From a virus (Duplodnaviria > Heunggongvirae > Uroviricota > Caudoviricetes): a stretch of DNA of 64,000 nt. Position 1 is the first letter of the stretch. Every line of letters begins with the position of its first letter. Location: the IMG/VR virus record IMGVR_UViG_3300001199_000003, positions 58,537 to 122,536 of that record; one strand, 5' to 3'. Shown piece after piece: positions 39,017 to 47,307 of this stretch. The translations under genes and the position numbers were made by a program. Below the pieces are notes generated by a model. That model was not told the DNA's origin, did no database searches, and was given only the letters and a program-made list of their open reading frames with translations.

Positions 39017-39739
39017 ATGACTACTGAATCGAACCATAAATTAGATAAAAAGATTAAAGCGAAGTCCGACGACCACGTCTGGCACGTTCACGAATATGAC
39101 GTAGATTTGCAATCTAACCACATATACTTGATGGGTATGGAAAGCTACGCTGCGGGACATGAAGAGATGATCGGTGAGCCAGGAGTTGAATACTCCATGG
39201 CCAATAGATTCATCCGAAACTTGAACATCTGTATGCGTGCTAATCCAGATAAGCCTATTGTGATCCACATGAAAACCTGTGGCGGTCTGTGGGAAGAAGG
39301 CATGGCGATTTATGACGCGATTAAGTCGTGTCCAATGCCTGTAACTATCTTAAACTACACACATGCGCGTTCTATGTCGAGTCTGATCTTCCAAGCCGCT
39401 AATAAGCGTGTTATGATGCCCCATAGTTACTTCATGTACCACGATGGCACTTTGGCTGTAGATGGTACGACTAAGACGGTGATTTCTAATATTGAGTTCA
39501 CACAGAAGGTCAGCCAGGCAATGCTTGACATCTATGTTGATTCGATGAAGCTTTCTGGCAAGTACAAAAATCGTTCTCGTAAATGGCTCTACGCTTACCT
39601 GCGTGAGCAAATGGACAAGAAAGAAGACGTATTCGTAGTAGCTAAAGAAGCTGTGGAACTAGGATTTGCTGACTCAGTGTTTGATTACAACTGGGCTAAA
39701 CTGACCGATTACACTCAAGAAGAATTAGCTAGAGGATAA
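39017..39739 (+). CDS. ClpP-like (S14) protease
   Basis: IVIHMKTCGGLWEEGMAIYDAIK...ARSMSSLIF...MYHDG parallels ClpP INSPGG...AIYD...AASMGS...IHQP. Confidence 0.55.
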   Translation: MTTESNHKLDKKIKAKSDDHVWHVHEYDVDLQSNHIYLMGMESYAAGHEEMIGEPGVEYSMANRFIRNLNICMRANPDKPIVIHMKTCGGLWEEGMAIYDAIKSCPMPVTILNYTHARSMSSLIFQAANKRVMMPHSYFMYHDGTLAVDGTTKTVISNIEFTQKVSQAMLDIYVDSMKLSGKYKNRSRKWLYAYLREQMDKKEDVFVVAKEAVELGFADSVFDYNWAKLTDYTQEELARG

Positions 39740-39741
39740 TA

Positions 39742-40032
39742 ATGAAAAATTACTCATACGATATCGAAAAGTTGATCTGGATTGAAAAACGCTTTGGTAT
39801 CACTAAAACTATCGGGGAAACCCCATCTACTGAAAAGATGGAGGTTATTGAGAATGAGCTTTTAGCTATTCTTAGTAAATACCGAGAGAGATTAAAGATT
39901 ACATATCCACTACCGAGAGTTCGGATGTGGGCCACCAATGATAAGCTCAATTTCCTGTTTTTTAGCCGCAGTACGGGCAAACGTATTTTCCTAGGGGATT
40001 GGCTTGCAAACAAGGAAATCCCACATGAGTAG
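39742..40032 (+). CDS. hypothetical protein
   Basis: Track ORF. Confidence 0.4.
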   Translation: MKNYSYDIEKLIWIEKRFGITKTIGETPSTEKMEVIENELLAILSKYRERLKITYPLPRVRMWATNDKLNFLFFSRSTGKRIFLGDWLANKEIPHE

Positions 40033-40771
40033 TAAAATTGAGCCTTCAGAGGTAGCTAAAGCTATCCAGGTAATGGTTCCCAAACACACAGAATTCGAGA
40101 CTAAGTATCGCGTGGATGCTGCCACGTTAATTGAGTTTAAGCAGATCGCTGATAAGCTCCCAAACCTTAAAAAATTCATTTACGTGGAAGGTCCAGATAC
40201 CTACTACACGAATGAACACATTACAAAAAAATTGGAGGCTTTCAGTGAAACGCTCTCAGAAAAAAACAAAGATGCTTTCCAGCAAATCTTTGACGACACT
40301 ATTGGCGCGTTCCCCCCTTTTATGCGCTATCGTAGACCTTCGCATGGCCTTGACGGGGACCGGAAAGAGCTTACTACTAAGTACAAACAGTCAGGGTCTA
40401 AAAATAATATCCAAAGAGAAGAAAAGAATATCCGAGTAGATAACGTCGATGAAGACACTATAATGAAGTTCGTGTCTGATTTGGGTTATAAGCTCAATTT
40501 CTCCATCTGGAAAACGTGCCAAATCTATAACCTAGATGATGCTACTATTGTGTTTTATCAGGTTTACGATACCACGAATGGCGGTAAAGCGACTAAAGTA
40601 GATACTTTCGTCGAAATTGAAGTGGACGAAGAGTCTATTTCGGAGAAAACTGAGAAAGAAGCTTGGGGAATCATCGAAAAGTATGAGAAAATCCTAGAAC
40701 CTATTGGTTTATCGGCCAAAAGCAGATTGCGTAGATCACTATTTGAAATGTATAAGAGGGACGTTAAATGA
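40025..40771 (+). CDS. CYTH-domain (triphosphate tunnel metalloenzyme) protein
   Basis: N-terminal EFETKYRV (ExExK motif), an RYRR basic motif and C-terminal FVEIEVDEE (ExE). ATG at 40025 overlaps the upstream stop; the track begins at 40004. Confidence 0.45.
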   Translation: MSSKIEPSEVAKAIQVMVPKHTEFETKYRVDAATLIEFKQIADKLPNLKKFIYVEGPDTYYTNEHITKKLEAFSETLSEKNKDAFQQIFDDTIGAFPPFMRYRRPSHGLDGDRKELTTKYKQSGSKNNIQREEKNIRVDNVDEDTIMKFVSDLGYKLNFSIWKTCQIYNLDDATIVFYQVYDTTNGGKATKVDTFVEIEVDEESISEKTEKEAWGIIEKYEKILEPIGLSAKSRLRRSLFEMYKRDVK

Positions 40772-40989
40772 GTGCAAAAACTGGGTTTAATATCGTTACA
40801 TTAAATAGCACCATCGCTTCTGTAGACGATTATATATTCAGTAGAGCTATAAGGGAATTCAATACAGAATATACTCCTGCAAAAAATGTAGAGATAACTT
40901 CCGTAAAATCTTTGAGCGTTGAATTCTTACCTAAAAAACGGGACTTTAAACATACATTATGTGTATATTGGGAAGAAAATGAGCCTTAA
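40768..40989 (+). CDS. hypothetical protein
   Basis: Track ORF. Confidence 0.35.
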   Translation: MSAKTGFNIVTLNSTIASVDDYIFSRAIREFNTEYTPAKNVEITSVKSLSVEFLPKKRDFKHTLCVYWEENEP

Positions 40990-41176
40990 ACATGAGTTTA
41001 AATGCGATGTATGTAATAAGAAAGCCGAGTCCAGATTTAATGGAGAACACCATCTTCCGCCTAATGGATGGGTCCAGCTATATAGCAGTAACTCAGCTGT
41101 AATGCTGAACGAGCATCTATGCGATACTTGTCGTCCCAAACGTAAAGGTGAGAGAAAGCAAAAGGTTAAGAAATGA
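40979..41176 (+). CDS. small zinc-ribbon protein
   Basis: CDVCN...CDTC. Internal Met of the track ORF 40919..41176. Confidence 0.35.
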   Translation: MSLKHEFKCDVCNKKAESRFNGEHHLPPNGWVQLYSSNSAVMLNEHLCDTCRPKRKGERKQKVKK

Positions 41177-41361
41177 GCGATTTTCTAAAGAAACAACTCA
41201 GATCCTACTACGAATCCATGGGCTATACGGTTGGCGACATCGAAATCAAAGGCGATGAAGTTAAGATGAAAATCGTAGCTCCTCAAGCTCTAGATTTCGT
41301 ACTAGTTAATGTGGACGTTTCTAACGGTGATATTATTGACGATAAAAGGAACCTACAATGA
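41173..41361 (+). CDS. hypothetical protein
   Basis: Track ORF. Confidence 0.35.
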   Translation: MSDFLKKQLRSYYESMGYTVGDIEIKGDEVKMKIVAPQALDFVLVNVDVSNGDIIDDKRNLQ

Positions 41362-41409
41362 AAAGCGATTTAATCATCGCATTCCTATTATTTTGGCTGT
41401 GTTAACCGG

Positions 41410-41733
41410 ATGTTTATGGACCACTCAAAGAAATTAACCGAACTGGAATACGCTCAACTTCACAGAAAACATAAAAAGAAGTTGAAGGTAGATAAGATTC
41501 ATGTTAAACTGAATTTAGAACTGCCAGATCTGAGAACGGAACGAGCGCAGATAGAACAGGACAAGTGGTACAACTCAGTCCCTCTATCGAAAAAGCAAGA
41601 GTTTCTGGATCTTATGCTGGCAGGGAAGAATCTCGGAGAAGCCGCTAAGGCAGTCGGGATTGACACAGACATCGCAAGTCAGGTGATTTTGCGAAACATG
41701 GGCCAAATCTTTCCAAGTAAGGTGGAGAAATGA
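41410..41733 (+). CDS. hypothetical protein
   Basis: Track ORF. Confidence 0.4.
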   Translation: MFMDHSKKLTELEYAQLHRKHKKKLKVDKIHVKLNLELPDLRTERAQIEQDKWYNSVPLSKKQEFLDLMLAGKNLGEAAKAVGIDTDIASQVILRNMGQIFPSKVEK

Positions 41734-41936
41734 GTAAAGAAATTATTGTCCCGATTTGCTGGTTAAATGGTGGAAATATGATTGATCGGGATACCCTCCC
41801 TTCAGATCACCCAGAATCCATGTACGGTTACATTAAGTATTCATTGAAGCTAAGACCGGAAGATTACGGTATCTATACCGATAAACAGATCGCAGAGAAT
41901 AAAATCAAACAGAGTGAAGAACTCGCAAAACACTAG
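41730..41936 (+). CDS. hypothetical protein
   Basis: Track ORF. Confidence 0.4.
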   Translation: MSKEIIVPICWLNGGNMIDRDTLPSDHPESMYGYIKYSLKLRPEDYGIYTDKQIAENKIKQSEELAKH

Positions 41937-42939
41937 CATGGAGACGGACATGAGTGAACTAGATGATGCAGCAGAGTGGGCCTCAGCGGCAGAAAACTTT
42001 GATGGCGATAAAAACGAAGGTAAGCAAAGTCTAAGAGGCAGCGCTCCAGACTACGATGATGACGATGACACGACTAAGAATCCTGGACAGCCGAATCAAT
42101 ACGCTCTATATGGAGCTGGCTACATGGCTACAACACCTACTATCAAATCGTTAGTAGCTGGCTGTTACGATATCCAAGCCGATAACCGTGGCGTATTCGT
42201 GGTTCCGGCATTACCTCCATCTGGGATTCTATTAGAGTTACCGGAAATGAGATCCGATGAAGTAATCCGCGTAGTGGATAACTTTTGGAACTCTGAAGCA
42301 GACTATAAAGATGGAAACGATTTCGTAGTAGGTGGCGCACAGTTCAAAGCTGGTGTGATGATCTACGGTCCTCCAGGATCAGGTAAGTCGTGTACGATTA
42401 AGATCGTATCTAAGAAACTAGTTGAAAGAGGTGGAACAGTATTCTTCAGTTCTGGCCACCCATCTAACACAATGCGTTGGTTGGAAGATTTCGCTAGAGT
42501 TGAGCCAAACAGAAAGTGCATTGTTATTTTAGAAGATATTGATAGTTTGATCCATAACTATGGTGAATCGAACTACCTAGAGATGTTAGATTCGGCCAAA
42601 ACGATTAATAATGTCTTGTTTATTGCCACGACGAACTATCCTGAGCACTTAGATCCTCGTATCTATAACCGTCCAGGTCGTTTTAGCCATGTAATTAAGA
42701 TCGGTCTTCCAGTTCCTGCGACTCGCGAAGCTTACCTCAAAGCGATCCTCAAGAATCACCAGGATGTTGAAGAGATCGTTAAAGAGTCTGAAGGCTTCAC
42801 AATCGACCACTTGACCGCGTTGGTTAACGGTGTGTATCGTGAGAAGAAAGACCTCAAAACCGAGCTTAAACGCCTCCGTACACTGTTTAAAGTACCTAAA
42901 GGTAGCGATAAGCCTGCTCTGGGGCTCAGCAATGGGTAA
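41914..42939 (+). CDS. AAA+ ATPase
   Basis: Walker A GVMIYGPPGSGKSCT and Walker B VIVILEDIDSL. Confidence 0.65.
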   Translation: MKNSQNTSMETDMSELDDAAEWASAAENFDGDKNEGKQSLRGSAPDYDDDDDTTKNPGQPNQYALYGAGYMATTPTIKSLVAGCYDIQADNRGVFVVPALPPSGILLELPEMRSDEVIRVVDNFWNSEADYKDGNDFVVGGAQFKAGVMIYGPPGSGKSCTIKIVSKKLVERGGTVFFSSGHPSNTMRWLEDFARVEPNRKCIVILEDIDSLIHNYGESNYLEMLDSAKTINNVLFIATTNYPEHLDPRIYNRPGRFSHVIKIGLPVPATREAYLKAILKNHQDVEEIVKESEGFTIDHLTALVNGVYREKKDLKTELKRLRTLFKVPKGSDKPALGLSNG

Positions 42940-43282
42940 AATTTATAAGGTTTGCGGAGAAGGATACGTAGCTGCAGTTATTCAAGGAACGTACCAGCTT
43001 GGCTTATGGCTAATGGGTGTACCTAAGTCTAAACTGGACAATCTTACGGTCCACTCTACACATGCAGAATCTTATCCGATTGATCTTATTGAATTTAAAA
43101 TGAACGGAACGGTCACTTTTGCTGACTGTTCCGATATCTCTGAAACTGAAGATCTCTGTAAAACCCTGAAAGGGGCTGGAGCAACTGTTCTAGCGATTTA
43201 CCGTATTGGTAAGAATTTCCACGGAGATCCTAGAAATCCAGGTTCAGATTACATGGGAGTATTAGATCATGTCCACTACTAA
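42933..43282 (+). CDS. hypothetical protein
   Basis: Internal Met (MGKIYKV) overlapping the AAA+ gene stop. The track ORF starts at 42830. Confidence 0.4.
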
Positions 43283-43496
43283 GAAATATAAATGGCGTAT
43301 TAAGAATCTTAAGATCCGAAGTGAGTCTGGTGAAACGCTAGAGCTTACCGCTGGAAGAAAGAAAACCAGCTGTGTCTTAATGGACGATATGAGTCTCAGT
43401 GGTCTCAAGAAATTAAAAGACACGCTTGAAGATGCTCTGATTGAAGCTAAAATCAAGCTAGCTAGAGAACAAAGAAAGAAAGATGCTGAAGAATAA
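43269..43496 (+). CDS. hypothetical basic protein
   Basis: Track ORF. Confidence 0.4.
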   Translation: MSTTKKYKWRIKNLKIRSESGETLELTAGRKKTSCVLMDDMSLSGLKKLKDTLEDALIEAKIKLAREQRKKDAEE

Positions 43497-43704
43497 AGAA
43501 TATACTGACGAAGACATAGTGATCCTTATTTACCGAATCGAGAATCGAATCGTTAAAGAGAGGAACCGTCTTGGGATTATTAGGGCCAAAGCTAAGGATC
43601 TGCAAGATCAAGGCATTGAGACCTCTATATTCGACGTTCGTATGGAATCTACTATTAATGAAATTCTAAAACAGGCTGGCGCTACTAAAGAGAAAATGCA
43701 ATAA
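43483..43704 (+). CDS. hypothetical protein
   Basis: Track ORF. Confidence 0.4.
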   Translation: MLKNKEYTDEDIVILIYRIENRIVKERNRLGIIRAKAKDLQDQGIETSIFDVRMESTINEILKQAGATKEKMQ

Positions 43705-43802
43705 GTCTTTTGGCCGCCGCTGATTCTCGTCAGAGATAGGTGCAAAGAGAAACCGGACGAAAGTGAGCCAACGCTTTACGACTCCGGCCTTTAAAGGAAT
43801 CT

Positions 43803-44021
43803 ATGAAAAGTGTTAAAATCAAGGACTTAATTGAGAATCACTCCGTTATCGGAAATGAAGAGCTTTACGAATTAAGAAAGAGCGAGAAACAGTTTTCAGA
43901 TGTTTGTAGTATTATCAATTATTCACTAGATCTATCGGATGCTGAAAAGCTTCGTAAGATTGAATATATTATCTACAATATCGGATACAGAAAAGACGTA
44001 CTTAGCAAGATTGAAAAATGA
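43803..44021 (+). CDS. hypothetical protein
   Basis: Track ORF with an AGGAA RBS. Preceded by a structured leader. Confidence 0.35.
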   Translation: MKSVKIKDLIENHSVIGNEELYELRKSEKQFSDVCSIINYSLDLSDAEKLRKIEYIIYNIGYRKDVLSKIEK

Positions 44022-44142
44022 AGAAAAGAACGAAAAAAGCTATAAAACAGATAACTAATCCTAGACTTAAATAGTCAAAGCGTGATATGGTTAGGATAGC
44101 TAAATTTGTAGAGAGATTTAAAGAGATAATTAAATAACTTAT

Positions 44143-44568
44143 GGGGGCGCGTAGTTTCGACAGGGGAACGGAGAACGAAAGGTGCAAGACGTGGAAGGGA
44201 TGAAGGCCACGTAAAAATCATTCCAATTTTATACGGCAACGTAGAAGAAAAAATGGCTGCTTAATTCCCTCACGGGAATGGCGCTTGAGGTGTTTGTCTA
44301 CCGATAACAACAAAGGCTACCATGGCTGTATCTCAGAGCCAACCCTAAGGGAGAATCTGATTAGTTTGTTCATTCTTAAAATGAACTGGTGGACGGTAGT
44401 CTTGGTGAGTAACCTTGGCAATCCCACGAGGCTGATCGACACTCGTTAAACGACGATTACGCCGCAAGGCAAGAGTCACTCAACTCTCTAATCATGGGTC
44501 AATCTTGTGCATGACCTTAGTTTGATGATCTTTTGGACGCGGGGGGCGGCTCCCCGCCGCCTCCACCA
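44143..44568 (+). ncRNA. ssrA: tmRNA (SsrA-like transfer-messenger RNA)
   Basis: The 5' GGGGGCG pairs with the 3' CGCCUCC as a 7-bp acceptor stem with a G3:U70 wobble. T-arm GCGGGG/CCCCGC and a 3' CCACCA end, followed by a T6 run. The 5' UUCGACAGGGG segment resembles the tmRNA D-loop analogue. Internal frame GGC AAC GUA GAA GAA AAA AUG GCU GCU UAA at 44235-44264 encodes a tag ending in Ala-Ala-stop. Confidence 0.6.
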
Positions 44569-44574
44569 TTTTTT

Positions 44575-45229
44575 ACGAGTGCGCGCAGTCGCAGAAACGA
44601 GACACGTAAACACTGCGCTGACATCCAGCAAAGACTGGAGGGCCAGAGCCTCGGTAGCCCTAAACTATCCGAAAGCGTTAGTAGGTGCTTCCAGGGTCGG
44701 CTGAAGCTTAATGGCGCTACCGTCGTCGCCTACTTTTATTAAATTCAGATGAGCCGAAAGGCTTAAGCCGGTTTGGGCGAAAAAGGCTGAAACCCATTTA
44801 TGGTGGCTATGGTGTAACGGGTCGTAAGACAGGCACGGCGGTTTGTGGAACCGTTGGTGAGGTTTCAAATACCTCTAGTCACCCCATTTTTATGGCGAGA
44901 AATGATCAGATGATCAGGGGCGGTTCCTAATGGTATTTAGGGCCTCGAAAGTTCGGAGCGTAGTGTAGGTTCGAGTCCTACCCAACTTTCTCTAGTTCGC
45001 AGCTAGGCTCGCCACCTTTTAAATTTAAGTAAGCCGCAAGGCTTTGAGCCAGGGGAAGCTAAGGCTAAATCTTCCTAATCTTCATAGGGTGAGGTCTACG
45101 TGCCTGAGCGAAAGCTCGAATCCGATGGCTTGCTGTCTGGTCATGCTTTTAAAACGTAGAGAACCAGGCTAGTGTGGAAGTGTTGAAATAGGCAATAACG
45201 CAATAAAAATCACATTTCACAAATCCCAA
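44575..45229 (+). other. structured non-coding RNA region with tRNA-like modules
   Basis: No credible ORF. Repeated hairpins AGCC-GAAA-GGCT (44752-44763), AGCC-GCAA-GGCT (45032-45043) and GAGC-GAAA-GCTC (45106-45117). T-arm-like GAGGU-UUCAAAU-ACCUC (44859-44875) with CCA at 44884-44886. Second T-arm GUAGG-UUCGAGU-CCUAC (44965-44981). Confidence 0.35.
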
Positions 45230-45253
45230 CCCGCCTGAAAAGGCGGGTTTTTT
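45230..45253 (+). terminator. rho-independent terminator
   Basis: Stem CCCGCC, loop UGAAAA, stem GGCGGG, followed by a T6 run. Confidence 0.6.
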
Positions 45254-45302
45254 ATTTGACATCGAAATGAAGCTGAGATACTATTCCGCGTAAGAGGTTT
45301 TA

Positions 45303-45755
45303 ATGAAAATGATGTTTGCCGAAATATTCTTTCTACTTACGATTATTACTATAATCCACGAACTTGGTCACTTTCTTATGGCCAAATACTTCAAATTCAA
45401 TATAAAAGAATTCTCCATCGGTAGTGGATTTACGATCTTTGAGCAGAAAATAAAGAACACAATGCTTGTCTTAAAACTAGTCCTACCTTTGGGTGGACAT
45501 ATTCGTGTTGATTTTGAAGTCAATAAGTTCAAACAGATGGACGACAGAAAACTCTTAGGTATCATCTGCGTCTCATTAGCTGGACCATTCATGAATATTA
45601 TCGTGGCTTTACTTACTTTCCAATATAACTTTGCATTCGCCGCTATGAGTTTTCTTACAGGAATTACAAACCTTCTACCGTTCGATATGACCGATGGAGA
45701 TATAGCCTTGGGCGGCATTAGGGAATACCTTAAAAGACGTAAGGAGAAAGCATGA
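45303..45755 (+). CDS. minimal site-2 protease (M50 family intramembrane metalloprotease)
   Basis: First TM helix carries IIHELGHFLMAKYF (HExxH), as in RseP TVHEFGHFWVARR. FSIGSGF...LPLGGHIRV matches FSIGFG...IPLGGYVKM. C-terminal NLLPFDMTDGD matches the NLLPxxxLDGG motif. No PDZ domains. Confidence 0.55.
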   Translation: MKMMFAEIFFLLTIITIIHELGHFLMAKYFKFNIKEFSIGSGFTIFEQKIKNTMLVLKLVLPLGGHIRVDFEVNKFKQMDDRKLLGIICVSLAGPFMNIIVALLTFQYNFAFAAMSFLTGITNLLPFDMTDGDIALGGIREYLKRRKEKA

Positions 45756-45964
45756 TGCCGCCAGACTACTGGTCAGCTCTTCCAGACCATAACTTCCTTA
45801 CGATTGTAATGTTTATCTTAAAATTCTACCTCACCATGTTCATTTTTATGGCCTTAAACGTAGCTTTCATGGTAGGATCGGTATGGGGACTGCTTTTCAT
45901 CTGTCGAGCCCTTGGAATACCTTGGATCGACGGCACTAAGAAAGGTTTCATTAATAGGAGTTAA
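45752..45964 (+). CDS. small membrane protein
   Basis: Two hydrophobic helices. Confidence 0.35.
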   Translation: MMPPDYWSALPDHNFLTIVMFILKFYLTMFIFMALNVAFMVGSVWGLLFICRALGIPWIDGTKKGFINRS

Positions 45965-45965
45965 C

Positions 45966-46346
45966 ATGAAAGCTTGCAACGATTGTGGACAAAGACTTTG
46001 GTCAACCGACAAGGGCGTTTGCCCTACCTGTAGACCAGATGAAAATCGCGCAGTTTACGGACTTAAGCCTTTACAGGAAGTGGTATTTAAGCAAGAACCT
46101 ACGATCAAAACTATGATTGACACTAATCCTCTTGCTCCAAGTCTCAGAACTCAAAAGACTAAGGGCCGCCCAACTAATCCAGCTCAAGAAGGGTTTGAGA
46201 ACTCTGAATCACTAGAAAACGTGATCAAGTCCCATATCCTTAAATCTTACGAGCTGAGCGGTAAGAACAAATCACGAGCCGCTAATAAGCTTGGAATTAC
46301 CGTGAAAACCCTCTATAATCACCTTGATCGGTATGGAGTTGTATGA
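45966..46346 (+). CDS. zinc-ribbon protein with Fis/NtrC-type HTH
   Basis: N-terminal CNDCGQ...CPTC. C-terminal KSRAANKLGITVKTLYNHLDRYG resembles the Fis-family HTH. Internal start of the track ORF 45912..46346. Confidence 0.45.
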   Translation: MKACNDCGQRLWSTDKGVCPTCRPDENRAVYGLKPLQEVVFKQEPTIKTMIDTNPLAPSLRTQKTKGRPTNPAQEGFENSESLENVIKSHILKSYELSGKNKSRAANKLGITVKTLYNHLDRYGVV

Positions 46347-46792
46347 AAATCAAATCAATGATGGTAAACCTACTAGAAGGTCTTAGACAGCCAGAAAATC
46401 GTGGCGTCGGCCACACAAGAAACGCTATTGAGTTTGCTAAGTCAATTGGTGCTTTATATGTGATGCCACTGATTGGAAGCTTTCATACTGTGGATAAGGA
46501 ATTTAGTAACTCCAAAAATCTCATATCTTTGACTCAAATTGAGCTTGGCGCTCTCAGATCAAGAAAGGGCCCAATCGTACTGGATAACTATACGATTTCC
46601 TTTATTTTAGAAGAATCTCTACGTGGTTTTCGCGCTCTAGAGGATATGGCGCAAGCTTCTGAAAGAGTAGCAGAACGGGCTCAAGTTGAGGCTAATGAGT
46701 TGCGTGCTGAGCTAAACGAATATAAGACTCAGACAGAGAAAATGAAGAAAGTAATCGAAAAACTAAATAATAAAACTGGAAAGAAGAAATGA
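46343..46792 (+). CDS. hypothetical protein
   Basis: Track ORF with a C-terminal coiled coil. Confidence 0.45.
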   Translation: MKIKSMMVNLLEGLRQPENRGVGHTRNAIEFAKSIGALYVMPLIGSFHTVDKEFSNSKNLISLTQIELGALRSRKGPIVLDNYTISFILEESLRGFRALEDMAQASERVAERAQVEANELRAELNEYKTQTEKMKKVIEKLNNKTGKKK

Positions 46793-47262
46793 GAGATTTA
46801 TATCAATTTCATGAAGAACTCTACGAAGTGATTGGAGAGTCTGAGATTACCCAATTTCAGGATGGCCACCCTTTTACGTATCCTGCTTTGATTCTAAAAG
46901 AGGTAGATTCTGGTAAATCCAAAATAGTACCTAAGAATTCTCTGGACCGTCTTGGAAAGCGGGTTCCGTCTAATGTGCGCGATATTGATTCTGTAGAACA
47001 GTTCCAGCAGTGCCTGCAAGCCGCTTTTCAAGGCCGATTCACGACCATGATCAATTCTTACTCCTCAGAAGAATACGTTAAATATAAGACCGCCATGACT
47101 ACCAATGTTGAGAACTACAATCGTGGGTTTCAGGAAGGTCGTCTTACAAAAGAATCTAAAAGCCTTTTGGAAAGCTTCGCAATGATGCTGTTAGTATCAG
47201 CTGAAATGTTCGCCAAAGAGAAGGCTGAAAAACTGCGCCCTCAACCTGAACCTAAAGAGTAA
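46789..47262 (+). CDS. hypothetical protein
   Basis: Track ORF. Confidence 0.45.
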   Translation: MRDLYQFHEELYEVIGESEITQFQDGHPFTYPALILKEVDSGKSKIVPKNSLDRLGKRVPSNVRDIDSVEQFQQCLQAAFQGRFTTMINSYSSEEYVKYKTAMTTNVENYNRGFQEGRLTKESKSLLESFAMMLLVSAEMFAKEKAEKLRPQPEPKE

Positions 47263-47298
47263 TCCGCAAACAAATTTCCGCAGACTATCTTTGCGGAT
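47262..47298. promoter_or_regulatory. perfect 9-bp inverted repeat ATCCGCAAA / TTTGCGGAT with a 19-nt spacer
   Basis: Upstream of the HD hydrolase gene at 47308. Confidence 0.35.
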
Positions 47299-47307
47299 AA
47301 GGAAGAT

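Noticed and set aside
44507-44742. Track ORFs 44507..44704 and 44533..44742 on the plus strand, and 44665..44868 and 44002..44187 on the minus strand
   Set aside because: They lie over the tmRNA 3' domain and the structured RNA or AT-rich spacer. There is no RBS, the translations are odd (poly-Pro/Arg), and the region is better explained as RNA genes.
44803-44886. Candidate tRNA with good acceptor stem, T-arm and encoded CCA
   Set aside because: I could not form a D-arm or a 7-nt anticodon loop in the 47 nt between. Reported as a tRNA-like element only.
44917-44990. Candidate tRNA with perfect D-arm (CCUA/UAGG) and T-arm (GUAGG-UUCGAGU-CCUAC) at standard spacing
   Set aside because: The acceptor stem (GGGGCGG vs CCAACUU) has two internal mismatches and the anticodon stem has a C-A mismatch. 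Not callable as a canonical tRNA, so it is kept only as a tRNA-like module within the structured RNA feature.
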